A stretch of DNA of 64,000 nt, from assembly GCA_963828525.1 (NCBI GenBank), contig CAWHEP010000008.1, positions 32,001 to 96,000 on the forward strand, read 5' to 3'. The translations under genes and the position numbers were made by a program. This document shows, piece after piece, positions 56,286 to 64,000 of this stretch; the stretch's first letter is position 1; every line of letters starts with the position of its first letter. The notes below the pieces were generated by a model. That model searched no databases. It saw only the letters and a list, made by a program, of their open reading frames with translations, and was not told where the DNA came from. The stretch comes from an uncultured Verrucomicrobiae bacterium (GTDB taxonomy: Bacteria; Verrucomicrobiota; Verrucomicrobiia; Chthoniobacterales; Chthoniobacteraceae).

Positions 56286-57238
56286 ACCCCTGCCCTCTTT
56301 AGGAGACCATGTCTGCTGTAGTTATGAGGCCGCCGCCTCTCGACCAAATATTGCCTGAAAAATGCGGCTTGGTGTTCGAGCGCCATTTCGGCTTCAGAAC
56401 ACCCCTCGGCTCTAGGATCGGCGCTCATATGGAGAGCGTGATGGAGTGAGAGCCTGGAAGACGCGAAGAAAGACTGCAAAAGCGGCAGACGGATTCTTTT
56501 ATGATCCCAATGCCAAACAATATATGCTGAGGCTCTTCCCATGCGTCTCGCCGCGTCGAGAAATTTCACGCGCAGAAGCCGCTCCTCGTCAAAGTGGTGC
56601 TCCACGGCAACATCCACAAAACACATCCGCGCGCCTGCCTCTCGCAACTGCCAGGAAAACAGAGTGTCCTCGTGACAGCCGAGGGCGCCTCCTCCGATCT
56701 CTTCATCGAAGCCAGGCACTTTCGCGAGCACTGCTCGCGAAAAAGCCATGGATGCTGTGATCAATGTGACAAGCTCTGGAGGAGCATCCGCCCAAAGCCG
56801 GCCCGTGCAGGCAAGCCAGCCACGATGACTCAACGCCATCCATGGCCTGATCAGGTTGGGCGCCATCTCCACGCCCCCTCCAACAGCATCCTTCTCCCCT
56901 CTTAGAATCGGCGCGCACATCTCAAGCAACCAATCCGCCGGAAATCGAAGATCATCGTCAGTGAAAAGGAGGATATCACCGGAGGACTCCGCAATCGCCC
57001 GATTTCGCGCCCGGCTCAACCCGCGAACCGGCTCATGGATATACTTGAATGGAAAGGCGGGGGGCAGAGCGCGCTCAAGAAGCTGCTGAACGCGGTTGCT
57101 TGATCCACCGTCCACAATAACTACTTCTATTTGCAGGCCCGCGGGGATATCAACTTTGCCAAGGCTCTGTAATGTTTGCGAAAGACGCTCCTCCCGGTCG
57201 CACGTACAAATCAGTATCGATAGCAGCCTTGCGTTCAT
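56282..57238 (-). CDS. Glycosyltransferase family 2
   Basis: SILICT, GLSRARN, FTDDD, EDTLFSWQL. Confidence 0.9.
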   Translation of the reverse strand: MNARLLSILICTCDREERLSQTLQSLGKVDIPAGLQIEVVIVDGGSSNRVQQLLERALPPAFPFKYIHEPVRGLSRARNRAIAESSGDILLFTDDDLRFPADWLLEMCAPILRGEKDAVGGGVEMAPNLIRPWMALSHRGWLACTGRLWADAPPELVTLITASMAFSRAVLAKVPGFDEEIGGGALGCHEDTLFSWQLREAGARMCFVDVAVEHHFDEERLLRVKFLDAARRMGRASAYIVWHWDHKRIRLPLLQSFFASSRLSLHHALHMSADPRAEGCSEAEMALEHQAAFFRQYLVERRRPHNYSRHGLLKRAGV

Positions 57239-59224
57239 GGCCGGATTCGCGTGAGACCGTGTTCGCGATAATTGCGAACGCGATTTTTTGCCTCCACGAG
57301 GTATTGCTGAAAAAAAGCGGCATTTTGCTCCAGCCGCATCTCCATGTCGGAGGAGCCTTCCTCCGAGAGGGATGGAAATCCCTTTGCGGCGCGATATGCC
57401 GCAACGCGCGCCTTCGCAATTATCGCCTGAAGCCGGGGAAGGTGAATACTTTTGTGATTCCAATGCCACGCAATGTACGCGGTGGTGCGGCCGCGTTTCC
57501 TCGCCGCCTCGACCAAACTGGCGCGCAGAAGCCGCTCTGGGGCGAAATGGTGTTCCACGGTCACTCCGGCAAAAGCGAGTCGAAATCCGGCCTTGGCAAG
57601 CTGCCAGGAGAAGAGAGTGTCTGATCCCCGATCCAGGCCGGGATCGAACTGCGGCACGAGCGACAGCACCCTTTTCGAAAGAGCCATGGACGCGGTGATG
57701 AGAATCACCCTGTCAGCCGGAGTTTCCGTCCACAAGGGACCAGTGCAAGCGAGGTAGCCACGGTGCCCGGCAGTCATCCATGACCGCTCCAGATGAGGAG
57801 CCATCGTAACGCCTCCCGCGACGGCATCTGCTTTGTCCCTGATGATGGGAGCGCACATTTCGTGAAGCCAGTCCCGGGGCAACCGCACATCGTCGTCAGC
57901 AAACAAAACAACGTCCCCTTTGGCTGCCCTCAATCCGCAATTCCTTGCGTTCGCTATGCCTTCCGCAGGCTCAAACAAGGCGCGAACAGCCATGTTCTCC
58001 GGATGGAAGGATTCTACAATTTGCGAAGTCGAGTCGGTCGAACCGTTATCAACAATTAACAACTCCGCTCTGAGCGCCGGGGGTAATTCCAAGCGGGCGA
58101 TGCAATCCAACGTCGCTCCCAGCATAGCCGAGCGGTTTCTGGTGCAAATGATAATGCTCGCAGTGAAACCGCCTGCATTCCCCTGGCGAGCAGCGCTTTC
58201 GACCAGGGATTGAGACTCCTCATCCCGAGGCGCTTCGGCGGGTGGCTTTCTCGTGTTGAGTGCCGAGTCATCGACGGAAGCGCGGTCAAGTCTCACAAGA
58301 CCGCGACGCTCATAGTTCCGTGGCCGCGCCCTTTCGAGAAGTATCTGCTTATAGAAAGAAATCTCCTCAGCAACCGCCATACGCTCCTCATCGCAGCCCT
58401 GCATAGCGGGGCGGAAGCCCCACTGACGAAGGTTGCGGCAACTGAGCTTCCAGACAGCCCAGGCGAGATGCAAGCGCGGGAACGTAATCGATTGGTGACT
58501 CCAGTGATGCACGATGTAGGCTGAGGAGCGCCCGCTGGCTTTGGAAGAGGCTACAAAGTTTGAGGCCAGGAGGCGGTTCTCGGCAAAGCGATGCTGAACA
58601 ATGCAGTCGACGAACGCGACGCGGAAACCCGCCTCGTGCAACTGCCATGAAAATAGTGTCTCCTCCCCACAGCCCAGCCTCCCCGCGCCCAACTCAGGAT
58701 CAAACTCCGGAATTTTTTCAAGGTACTCTCCTGGAGAAAGCCATCGAAGCGCCCAAGAGGGTAATTTGCTCGCTTGGAGCACCCGTCCAAAGGCGTCCGG
58801 TGCAGGCGAGCGCGCCTCGATGGCGGGGGGTGAGCCATTCTCTCTCAAGACGCGCGTCCATCTCGACCCCACAGGAGACGGCGTCAGCGCGACTTTCTGA
58901 AATGGGCCGGACCATCGCGTTCAGCCAGTCCGAAGGAACGATGATGTCATCGTCAGTAAACAAAAGGATATCGCCAGTCGCAACCTTCAACGCCGTGTTC
59001 CTGGCGTGGCTAAGGCCCGGCGTGGCTTCCCTGACAACCCGCGCGCGCATCCCGGCAGGCGTGAAAGCCGTCAATAGCTGCAACGTGCCATCCGCGCTGG
59101 CGTTATCCACCAAGATGAACTCGACGCTGGATTGAGCGAACGGAGCCAGTTTCGACAAAGCCAGAAGAGTATCACCCAGCCGATCTTTTCCGTTATGGCT
59201 GCAAAGGATTACAGAGATTGTCAC
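57235..59224 (-). CDS. Tandem double GT2 glycosyltransferase (apparent frameshift near 58725)
   Basis: Two complete GT2 units (SVILCS...FTDDD...EETLFSWQL and SIIICT...FADDD...DTLFSWQL) joined in frame by a linker. Confidence 0.82.
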
Positions 59225-60471
59225 TGCGAGCCGTTCTGTTTGCGAGCGCTCACAGTTCCTTCCACCATCCGCGCAAACGGCTCATAACTTTGGCTTGGCG
59301 AGAGCCGCTCTAGAGCCATTCGGCTTGAGAGATGCTCCGCTTTCTTCCTTTGTCCCTCGTCTCTCAGCAGAGAAAGTATTGCGCTTGCAAACTCCTGAGG
59401 TGTGTCCGCCAACGTTACTGCCTCACCGATGAATTCCACTCCTTTAAGGCCTTCTCGCGTAGTAACACAGGCCCTGCCATACGCCATGGCTTCAATGAGT
59501 TTGATTTTCACTCCACTTCCCGCAAGAACAGGCACGACGCTCACCTGCGTCGCTCCATACTCACCCGCAAGATTCGCCACGTGCCCGAGCAGCGCCACAT
59601 TTGCATATCCTCCCGGAATTTCTTCACACACGCTGCCGCAAACATGAAGCGTGGCGCTGGGAAACTGCTGAATTACAATCGGCCAGACCTCTCCCAAAAA
59701 CCATTTCAGCCCATGCACATTGTGCGCATCCCCTCCCCCGACGAACAGGCATCTTCCAGGAACCTGCGCCCCTAAAGGTCTCTTTGGCTGGGCAGACATC
59801 GGGGCCGCTATAATTTGCGCGGACGGGCACATCTCGCGAAAAGTATCCGCTTCCGTCTGGGATATGGCGACGATGATATCCGCGCGGCGAAGTAGCGCAG
59901 TCTCCCGCTCCCTCGTCCACTTTGACCACGCGTTCGAAAGTCCTAGACTCGCAAAGCTTTCTACCCGCTTGTGCAGCACATCGTGCGCGAGGATGCACGT
60001 CACTGGCAGCGGTCGTGAGGCTTCGCCGATGGCCCGTTTGTTCGGCAACGCGTCTGCCAGATACGCAAAGTTAACCAACACAATATCGGGAGCAAAAACG
60101 ATCCCGCGTTTTTTACTGAAGCGAATCTCCAAGCTGGAAGCGGACCGATCAGAACCCGTTTCCTCGCCGAACACGTCCTCCGCGCTGCCGGTTTGATCGC
60201 CGCCGACCCTCTGTAATATTGACGGCACCCTGACGAGCCAGGATCCGGCGCGGATATTCCCGGGACATTCAAGACTCATGGCGCGGTTCACGGCCGCGGG
60301 GATGCGGTAGATACGCTTTCCGCGCCCTGGATTCTCGTCCAGGTAATCGCACTCCATACGCCATCCCCTTGCTGACAGGAACTCGAGGAGGTCGCACAAA
60401 TACGCGGAGCCTCCATGTCGCGCGCTGATTGGCGGAAACCTTGTAACCACCTGGAGCTTTACGGAACCCAC
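59221..60471 (-). CDS. Glycosyltransferase family 4
   Basis: LFVGG...N..GLKWF, GSGVKIKLIEAMAYG. Start approximate. Confidence 0.88.
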   Translation of the reverse strand: MGSVKLQVVTRFPPISARHGGSAYLCDLLEFLSARGWRMECDYLDENPGRGKRIYRIPAAVNRAMSLECPGNIRAGSWLVRVPSILQRVGGDQTGSAEDVFGEETGSDRSASSLEIRFSKKRGIVFAPDIVLVNFAYLADALPNKRAIGEASRPLPVTCILAHDVLHKRVESFASLGLSNAWSKWTRERETALLRRADIIVAISQTEADTFREMCPSAQIIAAPMSAQPKRPLGAQVPGRCLFVGGGDAHNVHGLKWFLGEVWPIVIQQFPSATLHVCGSVCEEIPGGYANVALLGHVANLAGEYGATQVSVVPVLAGSGVKIKLIEAMAYGRACVTTREGLKGVEFIGEAVTLADTPQEFASAILSLLRDEGQRKKAEHLSSRMALERLSPSQSYEPFARMVEGTVSARKQNGSQ

Positions 60472-60475
60472 GGAT

Positions 60476-61687
60476 TCAGGCGGACAGCGCTGACGCAAAC
60501 GCGCGCTGGTCGCGGCGCCGTGTAAATGGGCGTTCGAAGAAGAGGTGAAACAGATAAGCGAGAAGCAGGAGAACGGGCAACCCGACGCCACAAAAGATGC
60601 AGAACTGGGCAAAAGGTGAAGAATTGCCCGGTAGCACGACCCTCTGCCAGAGAACTTCGATCAGGGGAGCGTGGATCAGGTATAGGCTGTATGAGAAGGC
60701 TCCGACCCAAACGAGAGGAGGCCAACAAAGCACCTTTCGCAGCCACCAGCACTGCGGCTCTGTATCCAAAGCGGAGGTTCCGACGAGCAGGCAAAAAGTT
60801 CCCAGCCCAGCCAGGAGATCAAGAACCTGCCATGGGACTTGGTGTTCATGGCCAAAGCTGAGCTTGGAAAGCAACAGAGTAGCAACTGCCAAAGCAGGGA
60901 ATAGAGCCCTCCATGGAACGGCGGTCCGGAGGTTGATCGCCGCTTGCTGGCTTGAAAAACTCATCCATGATCCCAAGGACCCTAGGGCGAAGAGTCCATA
61001 GAAGTGAAGACAGACACCGGTAGGCGAGCTGTCGAGCGCGGTAAGGGCGAGCGCGGGGAGTAACGCGAACGAAAGACAGACAAAAACTGCCGTCGCTTTG
61101 ACAACACCGAACGCGCGAGAAATAGCGACAAACAGCGGAAATGCGAAGTAAATGCGCCACTCCACCGAGATCGACCACATGGCATGATTGATCTTGTGGC
61201 TCGAAGCTGGAAATAGGTCCTGGAATAGCAGCAGGTGAGTCACCAAGCCGAATCCGCCTACCGGAACACAGCTACTCCAGAGAACGGAGGGTGGGACTTT
61301 TATCACGCATGCAATCAGGAGAAGGGATAAGCAGACCGCCGCGTAGTAAGGTGGGAGTATTCTTCTCGCCCGCTTCCAGAAGAACCCCGCGCTGCCCCCC
61401 AGGATGGCGAACCCATTTCGTATGACGGGCAGCATGAGGCAGAATCCCGAAAGAACGATGAAGACGACAACGGCGTAATGTCCGTACGCAAACACGCCGA
61501 TCACATGCTTCCCCAGACTGGGCTTCATCTGATTGGCGGTGTACCACCACATATGAAATATGGTCACGTATAGGGCAGCTAGCGCTCTCAGTCCGTCAAG
61601 ATGGTCGAGGTGGGCAGATCTCGCATGGATGGAAGGCGCCACCGCGCTCTGCATGGGAGTTGCCGCCGTGGATTCGGATACTGCCAA
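60476..61687 (-). CDS. Acyltransferase family 3 (OafA-like O-acetyltransferase)
   Basis: LDGLRALA, FIVLSGF, RARRILPPY, WSISVEW, FSYSLYLIH, FERPF. Confidence 0.92.
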   Translation of the reverse strand: MAVSESTAATPMQSAVAPSIHARSAHLDHLDGLRALAALYVTIFHMWWYTANQMKPSLGKHVIGVFAYGHYAVVVFIVLSGFCLMLPVIRNGFAILGGSAGFFWKRARRILPPYYAAVCLSLLLIACVIKVPPSVLWSSCVPVGGFGLVTHLLLFQDLFPASSHKINHAMWSISVEWRIYFAFPLFVAISRAFGVVKATAVFVCLSFALLPALALTALDSSPTGVCLHFYGLFALGSLGSWMSFSSQQAAINLRTAVPWRALFPALAVATLLLSKLSFGHEHQVPWQVLDLLAGLGTFCLLVGTSALDTEPQCWWLRKVLCWPPLVWVGAFSYSLYLIHAPLIEVLWQRVVLPGNSSPFAQFCIFCGVGLPVLLLLAYLFHLFFERPFTRRRDQRAFASALSA

Positions 61688-61702
61688 AATCTTGGAACCG
61701 AT

Positions 61703-62791
61703 TTAGACGACTGGGAAGCCGGCAAACTTCAACCAAGCGGCATTTCGCGCGCATGCCTCGTGGTAGGAGATCACGGGCTCGTAATGGATCACGGTTCGAG
61801 CTTTCTTAATTGGCAGTTTATAATTGCAACTCTGCAATTCCGCCATCTCTTCGCTCATTCGGATGGGTGGTTGCCGGTCAATCTTCCAAGGAGACGGGAA
61901 CACGCGCCTTTGCGGCTTCGCGATGGCCGCTGTTGCCACACGCTTAATCCGGAGGGGTATGAACGGCAACAAGCGCTGGACGCCGTTGGAGGCGTGGAGT
62001 TCCTTCATCCTATCTTTGAACGAGGGAACAAATTGCGGCGTGATCGAGCCGGGCTCAGGTATTGAATTGGCATCGAACCCAAGCGCGTTGGCGATAGGCC
62101 GGTATAGATCCAGCCAGGTAAGAACCTCCCTATCTCCAACGCAAAACGCTTCGCCGTCTCCCTCCCCTGAAAGGCACAGCCGAATCGCCTCCACCAGGTT
62201 ATCCACGTAGATGGCATTGCATATTCCCGACCCGTGATTGATCAATGACGCGCGCCCTTCCAGCAACTCTTGAGCTATACCCGCCGTCCAGCGGGGGGAT
62301 CTCGGCCCATAGATGATTCCCGGGCGCAGGATCACAAGCTCCACCCCTCCTCCCTCGCGCAGCCTCATCAATTCAAGCTCGGCCCGCGCCTTGGCGTCAT
62401 TGTAAGGATATCTGGACTTCAAAGGCAGCGCGCTTGTCTCGTCCGTGCCCGCCTTGGGAGCAAGCCCATGCACGCTTGCAGAACTGATATAAACCAACCT
62501 TTTCACACCGGCGGAAGCAGCCGCGCGGTAGCAATTGACCGCGGTTCTGATTATTTCAACTGGCGGTCCCTGGATTGCGCTTATAAGCGCCTCACAACCT
62601 TCTATCGCGCCGTGGAGGCCATCCGGAGTCAGCGCGTCGGCGATCGCCCACGGCAAATCAAAACGAGCAAGGCCCGCCAGTGAAGAGAAGCTTCTTACAA
62701 CGGGGCGAACATCCGCGACCCCGCCAAGGTGAAAACTCTCGGTGAGGCGGCTGCCAACAAATCCGTTTGCGCCCAGGATAGCAATCTTCAC
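61703..62791 (-). CDS. NAD-dependent epimerase/dehydratase
   Basis: GANGFVG, YISSASV, YNDAK, LRPGIIYGP. Confidence 0.9.
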   Translation of the reverse strand: MKIAILGANGFVGSRLTESFHLGGVADVRPVVRSFSSLAGLARFDLPWAIADALTPDGLHGAIEGCEALISAIQGPPVEIIRTAVNCYRAAASAGVKRLVYISSASVHGLAPKAGTDETSALPLKSRYPYNDAKARAELELMRLREGGGVELVILRPGIIYGPRSPRWTAGIAQELLEGRASLINHGSGICNAIYVDNLVEAIRLCLSGEGDGEAFCVGDREVLTWLDLYRPIANALGFDANSIPEPGSITPQFVPSFKDRMKELHASNGVQRLLPFIPLRIKRVATAAIAKPQRRVFPSPWKIDRQPPIRMSEEMAELQSCNYKLPIKKARTVIHYEPVISYHEACARNAAWLKFAGFPVV

Positions 62792-63876
62792 GCGGATCTG
62801 CCCTGCTCGAAGCGCCGGACGCCCTGCTGTTCAGCGTCTGTAAACCAACCCATTTCCATTGGCTTCCGAATAGAATAGCACCGTTCGATGAGCCGGAGAC
62901 TTTCAGCGCCAACAATGCCCGGCACCTCAAGTGGCGCGCTCCCCAGGATGGCCTCTTTGACGTTTCTGATCTGATTGATGAAACAGGAGTAGAAGTCGCA
63001 GTCGCTTCGCTGGAGAGGCATGTGTCTCGGGTTCGGACGAGGCTGATGAGCGGATGCGGAAAGGGACGATCCATGCCCGTCCCACTGGATTTCAAAGCGA
63101 TTTGTCTCCATAGCATTCCATGCGACCCAGCCTTTTTCGAATCGGACGAAATAACGATTCGATAGAGACGTGTCTCTGCTAAGCCTGACGGATCCGGCGA
63201 AACTGCCATAGTCAAAGTATACACAGCAATTTGCTTCCAAACCGCCCGCCGCATCATCTTCGTATCGCATATCAACAGGAGTCCCGAACCACCAGCCCAC
63301 AATATCGAGCACGTGAGCGCCCACATCCAGGAGCACACCGCCACGACTGCTGGATTTTTCAAAAAAAGAGGCGGACTGGGCAGGCCAGCTAAACTTCCCC
63401 CCCTCAGAAAACGAAAACTCGCGCGCTTCGCCGAGGGCTCCAGTAAGAATCAGCTCTTTGATTGCCTTTAGAGCGGGGAAGAAGCGACGGCACAGACCGA
63501 CAGCTAGAAGCGTCCCTGATTTCTCGGCAGCCAGGATCATCTCGCGCGTCTCCTTCTCCGTGTTTGCCATCGGCTTTTCGCACAGCACCGGGGTCCCCAT
63601 GCCCAACAAGGCGACTGATTGCTCAGCATGGAAGCGCGGAGGTGACGCGACTATAACAAGATCGGGCCTCGTCTCCATAATTCCCGCCAAGTCCCGCGCC
63701 CTGGCAGCTGCGGGAAAATGTTGTCCTATGATGGTCATCCGGGTATGGGCCGGGTCCATCACAGCGCATATGGTCATTTCCCGGGCTTGTTCCAGAGCCA
63801 GGAGAGCCGGCATGTAAAACATCTCCGAGATGGCGCCACATCCCACCAGCGCGACTCTGAATGATTCACCCGGCAT
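62788..63876 (-). CDS. Gfo/Idh/MocA oxidoreductase
   Basis: VGCGAIS, CEKPMA, GGVLLDVGAHVLD. Confidence 0.92.
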   Translation of the reverse strand: MPGESFRVALVGCGAISEMFYMPALLALEQAREMTICAVMDPAHTRMTIIGQHFPAAARARDLAGIMETRPDLVIVASPPRFHAEQSVALLGMGTPVLCEKPMANTEKETREMILAAEKSGTLLAVGLCRRFFPALKAIKELILTGALGEAREFSFSEGGKFSWPAQSASFFEKSSSRGGVLLDVGAHVLDIVGWWFGTPVDMRYEDDAAGGLEANCCVYFDYGSFAGSVRLSRDTSLSNRYFVRFEKGWVAWNAMETNRFEIQWDGHGSSLSASAHQPRPNPRHMPLQRSDCDFYSCFINQIRNVKEAILGSAPLEVPGIVGAESLRLIERCYSIRKPMEMGWFTDAEQQGVRRFEQGRSA

Positions 63877-64000
63877 TGGCGGTTCGCGCTCCTCGGAAAC
63901 AGGCCCTGAAGATTTGCTTCATAGCACTAAAGAACTCTCGAGACAGGACTCGATCAGGCGCGTCCAAAGCAAGCTTCGCCAGTAGGACACAAGACTTCCA
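63866..64000 (-). CDS. C-terminal end of an upstream gene (partial)
   Basis: Open frame WKSCVLLAKLALDAPDRVLSREFFSAMKQIFRACFRGARTANAG* overlapping the next start. Function not assignable. Confidence 0.45.
   Translation of the reverse strand, partial: WKSCVLLAKLALDAPDRVLSREFFSAMKQIFRACFRGARTANAG

Noticed and set aside
1..64000. CRISPR arrays, tRNA/rRNA, transposases, integrases, prophage genes
   Set aside because: None recognised. Intergenic spaces are short and no regularly spaced repeats were seen by eye.

Overview
Gene-dense, moderately GC-rich bacterial DNA. Verrucomicrobiota-like by gene content, which is inference only. Scattered single-base frameshifts look like long-read errors. Five blocks: (1) 1-3.3 kb, an ABC ATPase fragment, a membrane protein and folE2 <- -> thyA-folA. 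(2) 3.2-21.8 kb, a minus-strand respiratory super-operon: alternative complex III (actABCDEF plus actG-like), then a CcoN-like/CcoO/CcoP-like module whose CcoN has lost 5 of 6 metal-ligand histidines, then an aa3-type oxidase (subunits I, III, IV, two small proteins, II) whose subunit I lacks the K-channel lysine, then ctaA, ctaB, sco and DUF420. (3) 22-28 kb, a SigK-type ECF sigma facing a soluble anti-sigma-PAS fusion, PIN-PhoH and two tandem aldo/keto reductases. (4) 27.9-41.2 kb, a PEP-CTERM/exosortase locus: an AlkP-TPR-sulfotransferase fusion divergent from a PEP-CTERM protein with an unusual leader, two paralogous TPR proteins, a large secreted protein, a NusG/RfaH paralog, an exosortase and a convergent O-antigen-ligase-like gene. 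(5) 39.6-64 kb, a long minus-strand surface-polysaccharide operon with many glycosyltransferases (including a GT2 triplication), a Wzy-like gene, methyl- and acyltransferases, SGNH and PA14 genes. No rRNA, tRNA, CRISPR array or mobile element was seen. The best candidates for undescribed biology are the sulfotransferase/hydrolase-PEP-CTERM module, the degenerate cbb3-like bridge with the K-channel-less oxidase, and the anti-sigma-PAS sensor.
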